From NCBI GenBank assembly GCA_019661785.1, contig JAIFWP010000001.1, positions 11,545 to 75,544 of the forward strand: a DNA stretch of 64,000 nucleotides. The letters are read 5' to 3'. Shown here piece by piece: positions 28,102 to 37,188 of this stretch. The DNA comes from Candidatus Parcubacteria bacterium. GTDB taxonomy: Bacteria; Patescibacteriota; Minisyncoccia; Phycocordibacterales; Zambryskibacteraceae. The notes under the pieces were generated by a model. That model did no database searches. It was not told where the DNA came from and saw only the letters and a list, made by a program, of their open reading frames with translations. The translations under genes were made by a program, and so were the position numbers. Position 1 is the first letter of the stretch, and each line of letters opens with the position of its first letter.

Positions 28102-28440
28102 ATGCAGATGAGTAAGCAGGCCATGAATATGTTGCTTGTACGCCGCATGCGCGGGAGGATCCCTTCAAGGCTCATCGAGGACATCGCGAGAGAAGAGGCT
28201 CGCAGAGCCAGAACGCGAAACGAGATCGAGAGGCTCTTCAGTCTCCTGACCCCCATCCAATCGAGGCTGCTCCTGATTCATTTTGGGCTTGAGTATCTCT
28301 ACAGCATGCCGGACGACGCAGTGGCCAAGCTCCTGAAGAAGAAGTCGCCGAGGAGCGTGGCACAAATCAAGAGATGGGCCCTGCATAGTCTTCGCAAGGC
28401 CGCGGATGCAAAGAAGCTCATACAGCCAGTCTTCGTCTGA
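28102..28440 (+). CDS. Stand-alone sigma-70 region-4-like HTH protein (unit F)
   Basis: LTPIQSRLLLIHFGL...DAVAKLL...VAQIKRWALHSLR aligns by eye with region 4 of RpoD in this window. Confidence 0.65.
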   Translation: MQMSKQAMNMLLVRRMRGRIPSRLIEDIAREEARRARTRNEIERLFSLLTPIQSRLLLIHFGLEYLYSMPDDAVAKLLKKKSPRSVAQIKRWALHSLRKAADAKKLIQPVFV

Positions 28441-28456
28441 AAGGGCGAAAGGCCCG

Positions 28457-28485
28457 GACCCGCGGAACATCGCGGGTCTTGTTTT
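28457..28485 (+). terminator. Terminator of unit F
   Basis: GACCCGCG/CGCGGGTC stem followed by TTGTTTT. Confidence 0.8.
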
Positions 28486-28492
28486 ATATAAA

Positions 28493-31400
28493 CTACAAAG
28501 CTTTAAACTTCTCGGCGATGAGCGAGGTCTCGCCGTTCCTCTTCGAGACCTTGCCTTTCACAGCTACACAGTTCTCGAGCGCAATGAACTGCTTGTACTC
28601 CTCATAGACTCTTGGGAAGACGACCACGTCCGTGTCCCCTGAGAGGTCCTCGAGCTTTATGAAGACCATGCGCTCATTCTTCTTTGTAGTCACATCTCTT
28701 ACGTCTGAGATGATGCCGCCAACGACGCATATGGTGTCGACATGGCAGTCAGAGAGCTTCTTGATGTTCATGTCCTTGTCGGTGAGCTTGCCTCTATGCG
28801 CATCAAGCGGGTGGCCAGAGATATATAGGCCCAAAAGGTCCTTCTCCCACTGGAGCTTATCCTTCTGCGTGGCTGCCGGGGCGTTCAAGAGACGGAGACT
28901 TGGCAGAGCCGATACGCCAAAGAGGGAACTCTGCTCGCTCGACTTTTGTTGGCCCTCCTTGTGGTAGCCCAAGAGTAGGTCGATATTGGCAAGCATCTGT
29001 CCTCGCTCACCAAACTCCTCCATAGCACCAGCTTTTATGAGGGACTCTAAAGACTTCTTATTCAAATTCTTATCCTTCACCCTGTCGAGGAAGTCTACGA
29101 GGGATGTGAATTTGCCTCCGCGCTTCCTCTCCTCGATGATGGCGGTTGAGATGCCCTGGCCAAAGTTTTTTATAGTAGTTAGACCGAAGCGTATCTTATA
29201 TTTTTCCTTCTTGTCTGCGCGTGGAGGAACGGTGAATTGCGAGTACGACTCGTTTACTGACGGTGGCAGTACGTCTATGCCCATCCTCTTACACTCGGCG
29301 ACCATGGTCCCGATAGTCTCGACGTCACCCGACTCGGCAGAGAGAACTGCGGACATGTATATCTCCGGATAGTTAGCTTTGAGCCACGCCGTAATGTATG
29401 CAATGTGGCCATAGCTTGCAGCATGAGCCTTGTTGAATCCATAACCCTGGAAGGGGACGAAGAGCTCCCAGAGAGCCTCGGCCTTGTCTCGCGACATGCC
29501 TCCATGTTTAATGCAGCCTTCAACGAACATGACATGCTGCTTCTTCATCTCCTCAGGGATTTTCTTGCCCACGGCTTTGCGGAATTTGTCGACCTCGCCC
29601 CATGAGTATCCGGCGACCTCGATGGCTGTCATAAGAAGGTCGTCTTGGTAGACCAGCACACCATAAGTAGTGTCGAGGAAGTCCTTCATCTTCGGATGCA
29701 TGTATGTGGCAGGCTTCTTGCCGTTCTTGCGCGCTATGTACTCTTGGATGTTGTCCATCGGGCCAGGGCGGTAGAGGGCCACCATGACATTGATGTCGTG
29801 GATGTTGGTTGGCTTCAAGTCCATGAGCGAGCGCGTCATGCCGTCGCCGTTAAGCTGGAAGGTGCCCTCCGTCTCGCCGCGAGCGAGCATCTCGAAGGTC
29901 TTCTTGTCGTCGAGAGGTATGTCTTCAATAGAGATGTCTTTGCCCTCTATCTTCTTCACCCTAGAGATAGCGTCGGCGATGATAGAGAGGTTCCTGATGC
30001 CAAGGAAGTCGAATTTGAGGAGACCTGCTTCCTCTATGGAATACATGTCGTACTGGGTGATGATCTTCTTCTCACCCTTGGTGTCGTACTGTAGAGCTGT
30101 GTACTCAGTGAGAGGCTTCGGCGCGATAACCACTCCTGCGGCATGAACCGAGATGTGCCTGGCATTGCCCTCTATCTTCTCGGCCATGTCGACGATGCGC
30201 TTCACATCCTGGTCGGCGGTGTAGAGCTTTTTGAAATCCGGATTCTCTTTCTTGGCGCGTTCAATGGTCATGGGGAAGCCCTGCGCGCCGATAGGTATCT
30301 GCTTGGCTATCATGTCGCCAGTCGAGACAGGGAAGCCCATAGCTCGCGTAACGTCGCGAACGGCGCCGCGGGCCATCATGGTGCCGAAGGTACCTATCTG
30401 GGCCACTCTGTCAGCACCATACTTCTGTCTGGCATAATCGATGACCTCGTCGCGCCTGTCGTCGGCAAAGTCCATGTCGATATCCGGTGCCGACGGCCTG
30501 TCAGGGTTTAGGAAGCGCTCAAAGGGGAGCTTGAACTCGAGCGGATTGATATTCGTAATGCCAGAGAGGTATGTGACCAAGGAGCCGGCAACCGAGCCTC
30601 TGACATTTGTCAGTATCCCATTATCATGGGCGAAGGAGAGTAGGTCAGACACTACGAGGAAGTACTTCGGGTAGCCCTTATCCTTGATGACTTTGAGCTC
30701 ATACTCTATGCGCTTCATGACTTCCTCGGTAGGCTCGAGCTCGCGGCGCTTCAAGCCAGAGAGGACTATCTCCCGCAAAGCCTCGTCATGAGTCTTACCG
30801 CCCTCGACCTCTATGTCGGGGAAGACCCATTCACCGAGCTTAAGTTCCAAATTGCATATGTCGGCGATTTTTTCCACATTCGCAAGTGCTTCTGGGACAT
30901 CCTTATACATCTTCGCAGCTTCCTTCTGCGTAATGAAGGAGTAGTCCACTTCCTCCTCGTCGAACCCTCGTCCTCCTGTGCCCAAGTGAGACTGGATAGA
31001 GAGCACGGTGTCGCGCGCAGGCCTGTCGCTCGGGCTTAAGTAGAAGACTTCTGGCACGACGACAGGAGCAATGCCTTCCGTGTCAGGAAGTCTCTCTCGA
31101 CTCACGTCTATATAAAGGCTCTCGCCGAAGGTTTCCTTCCACCACTCTGCGTCCTTAGGCAAAGCGGTGAGGATGACGATAAGTCCTTCCCTATACTTCT
31201 CTAAAAGTTCCTTATCGACGCGAGGCTTGTAGTAGAAGCCCTCCAAGTACGAAGTGGATACGAGCTTCAGAAGGTTTTTGTACCCAAGCTCATTTTTCGC
31301 CAAGAGGACTATGCGCGAGCGGGAGGAGTCGACGCGAGCTTCCTTGTCATGGCGGGTGCGTGCGGCGAGATATGCATCAACTCCGATGATTGGTTTAATG

Positions 31401-31576
31401 CCCGCATCCTGGCACTCTTTATAAAACTCAATAGCACCGTAGAGGTTCCCTGAGTCTGTGAGGGCCAGGGCCTCCATACCCTGTTTCTTGGCCTCTTTCA
31501 CCAAATCTGGGATCTTTGGCAGAGCTTCAAGGAGAGAATAATGCGAGTGGGCCCGCAAGTGGACAAAGCCTTTCAT
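28493..31576 (-). CDS. dnaE: DNA polymerase III alpha subunit
   Basis: HSHYSLL PHP start, RGSVAGS, PDIDMDF, HAAGVVI, KFDFLG, FNKAHA, OB fold. Confidence 0.97.
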   Translation of the reverse strand: MKGFVHLRAHSHYSLLEALPKIPDLVKEAKKQGMEALALTDSGNLYGAIEFYKECQDAGIKPIIGVDAYLAARTRHDKEARVDSSRSRIVLLAKNELGYKNLLKLVSTSYLEGFYYKPRVDKELLEKYREGLIVILTALPKDAEWWKETFGESLYIDVSRERLPDTEGIAPVVVPEVFYLSPSDRPARDTVLSIQSHLGTGGRGFDEEEVDYSFITQKEAAKMYKDVPEALANVEKIADICNLELKLGEWVFPDIEVEGGKTHDEALREIVLSGLKRRELEPTEEVMKRIEYELKVIKDKGYPKYFLVVSDLLSFAHDNGILTNVRGSVAGSLVTYLSGITNINPLEFKLPFERFLNPDRPSAPDIDMDFADDRRDEVIDYARQKYGADRVAQIGTFGTMMARGAVRDVTRAMGFPVSTGDMIAKQIPIGAQGFPMTIERAKKENPDFKKLYTADQDVKRIVDMAEKIEGNARHISVHAAGVVIAPKPLTEYTALQYDTKGEKKIITQYDMYSIEEAGLLKFDFLGIRNLSIIADAISRVKKIEGKDISIEDIPLDDKKTFEMLARGETEGTFQLNGDGMTRSLMDLKPTNIHDINVMVALYRPGPMDNIQEYIARKNGKKPATYMHPKMKDFLDTTYGVLVYQDDLLMTAIEVAGYSWGEVDKFRKAVGKKIPEEMKKQHVMFVEGCIKHGGMSRDKAEALWELFVPFQGYGFNKAHAASYGHIAYITAWLKANYPEIYMSAVLSAESGDVETIGTMVAECKRMGIDVLPPSVNESYSQFTVPPRADKKEKYKIRFGLTTIKNFGQGISTAIIEERKRGGKFTSLVDFLDRVKDKNLNKKSLESLIKAGAMEEFGERGQMLANIDLLLGYHKEGQQKSSEQSSLFGVSALPSLRLLNAPAATQKDKLQWEKDLLGLYISGHPLDAHRGKLTDKDMNIKKLSDCHVDTICVVGGIISDVRDVTTKKNERMVFIKLEDLSGDTDVVVFPRVYEEYKQFIALENCVAVKGKVSKRNGETSLIAEKFKAL

Positions 31577-31611
31577 GGCCATAGTATAATACAGGCAATG
31601 ATAAGGAACGA

Positions 31612-32202
31612 ATGATGCAGATCGTAGGCATAGACGAAGCCGGCAGAGGGCCACTCGCGGGGCCAGTGGCAGTAGGTGGAGCTCGCGTCGGAACCAATTT
31701 CAATAAAAAATTCTTCAAGGGCATCAAGGACTCCAAACAGCTCTCTGCTGAGGACAGGGAGCTCTGGTTCGCCCTTGCGCAAGAGGGTAAGAAGAAGGGC
31801 GAGCTCGACTTCGCCGTTGCTCTCATCTCCGAGAAGGTTATCGACAAACATGGGATTGCCTACGCCATTCGTCTCGGCATCAAGAGAGTGTTGAAGAGCT
31901 TGGGAGTGTCTACGACCGAGTCGCAGATTTTCCTAGACGGAGGCATCAAGGCGCCGGAAGAATTCAAGCATCAGAAGACGGTGGTGAAGGGGGATGAGAA
32001 GATACCCATCATCTCTCTCGCTTCTATCTGCGCCAAGGTCATACGCGACAGGAAGATGGTCAAATTGTCTCTGAAGTATCCTGAATACGAGTTCGACCTC
32101 CACAAGGGCTACGGCACCTTTATCCACAGAGAGGCTATCAAGAAATATGGCCCTGTAGAGCTCCACAGGCGCAGTTTCCTACGCAAGATTTACGTGGCTT
32201 GA
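31612..32202 (+). CDS. rnhB: Ribonuclease HII
   Basis: GIDEAGRGPLAGPV, DSKQL, KGD, ASICAKVIRD, HKGYGT. Confidence 0.97.
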   Translation: MMQIVGIDEAGRGPLAGPVAVGGARVGTNFNKKFFKGIKDSKQLSAEDRELWFALAQEGKKKGELDFAVALISEKVIDKHGIAYAIRLGIKRVLKSLGVSTTESQIFLDGGIKAPEEFKHQKTVVKGDEKIPIISLASICAKVIRDRKMVKLSLKYPEYEFDLHKGYGTFIHREAIKKYGPVELHRRSFLRKIYVA

Positions 32203-32228
32203 CAAAGAGCCAATAGCTGTATTATAAT
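32199..32228 (+). promoter_or_regulatory. Promoter of unit G, overlapping the rnhB stop codon
   Basis: TTGACA 32199-32204, 18 nt, TATAAT 32223-32228. Confidence 0.75.
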
Positions 32229-32277
32229 ATAGGGAGAAGTCTGGGACCTACCCGGGCAACCTTCACACGAGGTAACC

Positions 32278-32787
32278 GTGCTGAAAGAGAAGAAACCTAC
32301 GAGCCCCCACAGCTCTAGGATGGTCATAAGCCATCCGGAGAATAAGGATGGGGAAGCGCAGATACTTCTCTTGAAGTGTCAGCCTTTCCCCAACAAGCCT
32401 GAGGATGTCCCTTGGTATGAGATTCCTGGCGGCGACTACAAGCCACAGGCGACTCTCGATGCGCCGAAGGAGACTCCTGAGGAGACCGCCAAGCGCGAGA
32501 CAAGGGAAGAGACTGGTTTGAAAATTCCGCAGAATGCTCCAATCGAAGAGTTCTATCTGGAGATACTGCCGAGCGGCCACAAGAAGCACGGCTTCCATGT
32601 AACTCGGAAGTGCTGCAAGGGCAAGAGGCACAAGACTCCGAGGAACGACGGCAACAAGCGCATCCTTGAGAACGATTGGTTCAAGGTGAGCGACGCTCTC
32701 GCTCTTATCCAGCCAGGAGAGGATGGGCGCACTCAGTACGACATACTCCTCGAGTTCCAACAGTTTATCGCCGGAAAGTCCGGCTAA
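32278..32787 (+). CDS. NUDIX hydrolase (unit G)
   Basis: WYEIPGG...ETPEETAKRETREETGL Nudix box with an insertion; GAGGT before GTG. Confidence 0.85.
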   Translation: MLKEKKPTSPHSSRMVISHPENKDGEAQILLLKCQPFPNKPEDVPWYEIPGGDYKPQATLDAPKETPEETAKRETREETGLKIPQNAPIEEFYLEILPSGHKKHGFHVTRKCCKGKRHKTPRNDGNKRILENDWFKVSDALALIQPGEDGRTQYDILLEFQQFIAGKSG

Positions 32788-32833
32788 GGGCCCCGTCCAC
32801 GACACAGCGTCGAGACGAGGGCCTTTTCCTTTT
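32786..32833 (+). terminator. Terminator of unit G
   Basis: Imperfect AAGGGCCCCGTC...GACGAGGGCCTT stem followed by TTCCTTTT. Confidence 0.7.
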
Positions 32834-32858
32834 CCCATATCTCTGTTATATTACAGGC

Positions 32859-33017
32859 ATGGTTGTACGAATGAGATCCACAAGAGCGCACACGGCTAAC
32901 CGCCGTTCGCATCACGCGCTCAAAAATCCCGCACTCTCGAAGGATGCGTCCGGCAAGACGCACTTGCGCCACCGCGCTCACCCAAAGACTGGTGAGTACC
33001 GAGGCCGTAAGGTGTAA
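32859..33017 (+). CDS. rpmF: 50S ribosomal protein L32 (zinc-free)
   Basis: MVVRMRSTRAHTANRRSHHAL...LRHRA...GEYRGRKV; no Cys. Confidence 0.9.
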   Translation: MVVRMRSTRAHTANRRSHHALKNPALSKDASGKTHLRHRAHPKTGEYRGRKV

Positions 33018-33046
33018 GCCAAAACTGTTCTTTATGTCACTAAAAT

Positions 33047-33976
33047 ATGTCGCATAGACATCTTTCGCGCTCAGTAGTGCTGCAGACACTTTTCGAATGG
33101 GACTTTGAGCCCTCGGCAGAGAAGCCTGCTAAGTCGAAGGAGGATGTCGCAGAGATATTCGACAGGAATATAAAAGAGTTCGCCCCCGACTCGAAGGATA
33201 AACCCTTCATGCAGAGTCTTTTAAATAACGTTGTAGGGAAGAAGAAAGATTTAGACATCATCATAGAGAAGGCCGCTCCAGACTGGCCCATAGAGAAGAT
33301 TTCTATCGTCGATAGGAATATTTTGCGTATTGGTCTGGCTGAACTCCTTTTTGCCGATCGTGATGAGGTGCCGCCCAAGGTGGCTATCAACGAGGCTATC
33401 GAGCTTGCCAAGTCCTTTGGTGGAGATACTAGCGGACGCTTCGTTAACGGCGTCCTAGGTGCTGTATATAGAGAGATGGGAGAGCCAGGCAAGGATGATC
33501 CTCCAAAGCCGAGGAAGAAGTATGGCAATGTACCTGACTCCGAGCTCCCAGTAGAGAAGCTCGCAGGGGCTGTGGTCTATGCCAAGGATAGCGGAGAGAC
33601 ATATCTAGCGCTCGTGCATGATGTCTTCGGCCACTGGACTCTCAGCAAGGGTCGCTTAAGCGAAGGGGAGAAGTATGAGGACTGCATAACGCGCAAAGTG
33701 CCTCTTGAGATAGGTGTGCCGGTAACTATAAAAGAGCAGCTCGGCTCGAACTCGTACTCAACCTTCCACCCGGAGAGAGGGAAGATCAGGAAGGAGATAA
33801 ACTACTTCTTAGTCGAGGCTCCATACCAGGAGCTAACTCTAGAGAAGAAGGAGGAGAAGGGAGGTCTCGACGACGTGCGCTGGTTCAAGCTCGCGGATAT
33901 CCTAGACCTTAACTTCTACGACGACATTTTGCCTATAGTTACCAAGGCGCTTCAGATACTGGCCCAAACGAGATAA
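33047..33976 (+). CDS. nusB: NusB fused to a C-terminal NUDIX-like domain
   Basis: VDRNILR, VPPKVAINEAIELAKSFG, FVNGVL; then AGAVVY...HWTLSKG. Confidence 0.92.
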   Translation: MSHRHLSRSVVLQTLFEWDFEPSAEKPAKSKEDVAEIFDRNIKEFAPDSKDKPFMQSLLNNVVGKKKDLDIIIEKAAPDWPIEKISIVDRNILRIGLAELLFADRDEVPPKVAINEAIELAKSFGGDTSGRFVNGVLGAVYREMGEPGKDDPPKPRKKYGNVPDSELPVEKLAGAVVYAKDSGETYLALVHDVFGHWTLSKGRLSEGEKYEDCITRKVPLEIGVPVTIKEQLGSNSYSTFHPERGKIRKEINYFLVEAPYQELTLEKKEEKGGLDDVRWFKLADILDLNFYDDILPIVTKALQILAQTR

Positions 33977-33995
33977 ATAGTAGATAGTTAAGAGG

Positions 33996-34685
33996 ATGGA
34001 TTTATCCAAATTCGAGAGCGTCATAGGCGTGAACTTCAAGGACAAAGGCCTCTTGCGTCAGGCTTTTACGCACCGCTCATACATGAACGAGAACCGAGGT
34101 ACAGGCCTCGGCCACAACGAGCGCTTGGAGTTCTTGGGTGACGCGGTGCTCGAGCTCGTCATCACAGACTTTCTATACAAGACATATTCTCAGATGGACG
34201 AGGGCGAGATGACCTCGCTTCGTTCCGCTTTGGTGAATGCCGATACCTGCGCCGAGGTGGCGCAGAGCCTAGGGGTAAACGACTTCCTCCTCCTCTCGAA
34301 GGGTGAGAGCAAGGATAGCGGCAGAGCTCGCGCATATATACTTGCCAACACTCTTGAGGCCATCATCGGAGCTATATATCTAGACCATGACTACGACACG
34401 GCTAAGGAATTTATATACAAAAACATCACTTCTCTCGCCGAGGGTATTATCGAGCGAGGCTCGCACATAGACGCCAAGTCTCAGTTTCAAGCTAAGGCTC
34501 AGGAGGAAGAGGGATTCACTCCGATGTACAGGACTATCGACGAGTCTGGTCCAGACCATGATAAGCATTTCAAGGTAGCGGTGCATGTAGGCGAGAGGAA
34601 ATATGGTGAAGGCGAAGGGAAGTCGAAGCAAGATGCCGAACAAGCCGCCGCAAGAAACGCCCTCAAAGCCAAAGGCTGGGATTAA
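33996..34685 (+). CDS. rnc: Ribonuclease III
   Basis: HNERLEFLGDAVL; dsRBD with GPDH and SKQDAEQAAA. Confidence 0.97.
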   Translation: MDLSKFESVIGVNFKDKGLLRQAFTHRSYMNENRGTGLGHNERLEFLGDAVLELVITDFLYKTYSQMDEGEMTSLRSALVNADTCAEVAQSLGVNDFLLLSKGESKDSGRARAYILANTLEAIIGAIYLDHDYDTAKEFIYKNITSLAEGIIERGSHIDAKSQFQAKAQEEEGFTPMYRTIDESGPDHDKHFKVAVHVGERKYGEGEGKSKQDAEQAAARNALKAKGWD

Positions 34686-34700
34686 GCTATAATTGAGGTA

Positions 34701-36908
34701 ATGTATCTCAAATCGATTGAGCTATCGGGCTTCAAGTCCTTTGCCAAAAAGAGCGTATTGGAGTTCACCTCCACCATATCGGCTATTGTAGGTCCGAACG
34801 GCTCCGGCAAAAGCAATGTGGCAGAGGCCTTCCGCTTCGTCTTGGGCGAGCAGTCGATGAAGAGCTTGAGAGGGAAGAAAGGAGAGGATTTAATATTCAA
34901 CGGCGCGGGGAGCGAGGCTAGGGCGAACCGCGCTGCGGTCAAGGTGGTCTTTGATAACTCTAAGCGCGTCTTTGGCATCGACTTCCCCGAGGTATCAATG
35001 GAGCGAGTAGTGCACCGCGATGGCGTAAACGAGTACCTTATAAATGGGAGCACAGTGAGGTTGAAGGACGTGGTTGAGCTCCTGGCTCGCGCACACATAG
35101 GAGCCTCGGGACATCACATCATCTCCCAAGGCGAGGCCGACAGAATCCTCAACACATCGGAGAAGGAGCGCAAAGGCATGATAGAAGATGCCCTTGGCTT
35201 GAAGATTTATCAATACAAGCGCCTCGAGAGCGAGAGGAAGCTCACAAAGACCTTCGAGAACATAGCCCAAGTCGAAGGACTCAGGAAGGAGATTGCGCCG
35301 CATTTAAAGTTTCTTCGTAAACAGGCCGAGAAGATAGAGAAGTCAGAGAGTCTGCGTGACGAGCTGCTCTCGCTCGCTAGGGAATACTTCAAGCGCGAGG
35401 AGATGTACATTACTCACGAGAAGGCTGCTCTCGCGAGTGAACGCGGACCAATAGAGGCAACGCTTGAGAAGCTCCACAAGGAGCTTGCCGATGCTAAGAG
35501 AGTGCTCGAGACTAGCGCTAAGGGTGGTGATAAGAACTTCAAGGTCTTAGACCTCGAGTCTGAGATTGCTCATGTGAGAGCTCACAAGGACGGCTTAGTG
35601 AGAGAGCTTGGCAAAGTTGAAGGCTTGCTCAATGCCGAGGAAAGGATAATAAGAAAGGAGAGGGAGCTCGCCACAAGCGAGGAGCGTAAGATGATACGCC
35701 TCAAGGATGTTGAGGCTCTGTATGAGGAAGTAAGTCTGCTCGAAAGTATCCAGTCCGTCATATCAAGACTCAAGGATTTTATAAAAAGCCAGAAGCATTC
35801 CGCAGACTCAAGCGTCATCCTCGAAGCCGAGAAGTCTATACAAAAGCTCGTGAAGGATAAGGAGAAGGCAGAGAAAGATATAAAACTCGCCGAGGATAAA
35901 GAGCAGAAGCTCCGTAACGAGTATGAGAGTCTGAAGCGCGAGATAGAAGAGGATAAGGACTCATCGCGCGATGCTGAGAAGGCCGTCTTCCGTGTAATGT
36001 CAGAGGAGAACGAGCTTCTAGGGAGGAAAAATGTCCTCAAGGCTCGCGAGGACAAGATGAAGGCGGAGGAAGAGGAATGGAAGCGCGGTCTGGCTGAGGT
36101 TGGAGCGCTTGCCGGAGAGGGAGTGCTGGGCTACAGAAGCTACCAAGCAGGAGAGCTCGAAGCAGATAGGAAGATGCAAGAGGAGAGGAAGCGGACTCTC
36201 GAGAGACTTAAGATACGTCTTGAAGAAGCAGGCATATCAGGTGCAGGGGATGTGCTCAAAGAGTTCAAGGACGTGACAGAGAGAGACGAGTTCCTGGCTC
36301 GGGAGCTTCTCGACCTCGACAAGTCTGCCGAGTCCTTAAAGGCATTGATTAAAGATCTGGAGACTAGGCTTGCAGTCGAGTTCTCACAAGGACTCACTAA
36401 GATAAATGCGGAGTTCGGCAAGTTGTTTAGCACCATGTTCGGTGGTGGAGAGGCCAAACTCACTTTGACCAAACAGAAGAAGAAGGTAAGCAGCGACATG
36501 TCACTGGGTGATGAAGAGCTCGACCTAGAGCCTGATGCGGAAGAGGCGATGGAAGAAGGTCTTGAGGTGAGCGTTAGCCTACCGAGGAAGAAGATACGCG
36601 GCCTCATGATGCTCTCTGGCGGCGAGAGGGCCTTAACCTCTATAGCGCTCCTCTTCGCTGTCTCGGCAGTTAACCCACCGCCATTTATCATATTGGACGA
36701 GACAGACGCCGCCCTTGATGAAGCCAACTCGAAGCGCTATGGAGACATGGTGGTAGAGCTCGCCAAGCACTCGCAGCTTATTTTGATAACACACAACAGA
36801 GAGACTATGGGCCGCGCGGGCATCATCTACGGAGTAACTATGGGTTCGACCGGAGTATCGAAGCTCCTCTCCATTGCCTTCGACGAAGCAGTACAGGTTG
36901 CGAAATAA
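34701..36908 (+). CDS. smc: SMC-family ATPase, short (735 aa)
   Basis: GFKSF, GPNGSGKSN, ISQG, LSGGE, ILDETDAALD, ITH; long coiled coil. Confidence 0.9.
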   Translation: MYLKSIELSGFKSFAKKSVLEFTSTISAIVGPNGSGKSNVAEAFRFVLGEQSMKSLRGKKGEDLIFNGAGSEARANRAAVKVVFDNSKRVFGIDFPEVSMERVVHRDGVNEYLINGSTVRLKDVVELLARAHIGASGHHIISQGEADRILNTSEKERKGMIEDALGLKIYQYKRLESERKLTKTFENIAQVEGLRKEIAPHLKFLRKQAEKIEKSESLRDELLSLAREYFKREEMYITHEKAALASERGPIEATLEKLHKELADAKRVLETSAKGGDKNFKVLDLESEIAHVRAHKDGLVRELGKVEGLLNAEERIIRKERELATSEERKMIRLKDVEALYEEVSLLESIQSVISRLKDFIKSQKHSADSSVILEAEKSIQKLVKDKEKAEKDIKLAEDKEQKLRNEYESLKREIEEDKDSSRDAEKAVFRVMSEENELLGRKNVLKAREDKMKAEEEEWKRGLAEVGALAGEGVLGYRSYQAGELEADRKMQEERKRTLERLKIRLEEAGISGAGDVLKEFKDVTERDEFLARELLDLDKSAESLKALIKDLETRLAVEFSQGLTKINAEFGKLFSTMFGGGEAKLTLTKQKKKVSSDMSLGDEELDLEPDAEEAMEEGLEVSVSLPRKKIRGLMMLSGGERALTSIALLFAVSAVNPPPFIILDETDAALDEANSKRYGDMVVELAKHSQLILITHNRETMGRAGIIYGVTMGSTGVSKLLSIAFDEAVQVAK

Positions 36909-36952
36909 ATAAATTATGGTTTAATTAGCACGGACGCTATCCTGGAGGGTGT

Positions 36953-37150
36953 ATGACGAGGGAGACTCATCGCAATACCGATGGCGAGAAGCGCAAGAAG
37001 GGTACGGCAGGCGATGCACGGACGTCCGGTGGAAAGATGGGCGAAAGCGCAAACTCGGAGCAGAGTCGCTTCGTCCCGACACCATTTCCAGGTGTGAACC
37101 CCAACGACTCCAAATATCGGCAGCCGCTGGACATTCCGCAGGATTGCTGA
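36953..37150 (+). CDS. Small hydrophilic hypothetical protein (orphan unit H)
   Basis: GGAGG 36944-36948; TTGCGA-16-TTTAAT upstream; terminator downstream. Confidence 0.5.
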   Translation: MTRETHRNTDGEKRKKGTAGDARTSGGKMGESANSEQSRFVPTPFPGVNPNDSKYRQPLDIPQDC

Positions 37151-37159
37151 AATGAATAA

Positions 37160-37185
37160 AAGGAGCGGCCTGTTAGCCGCTCCTT
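37160..37185. terminator. Bidirectional terminator between unit H and rnr
   Basis: AAGGAGCGGC/GCCGCTCCTT 10-bp stem. Confidence 0.8.
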
Positions 37186-37188
37186 GCT

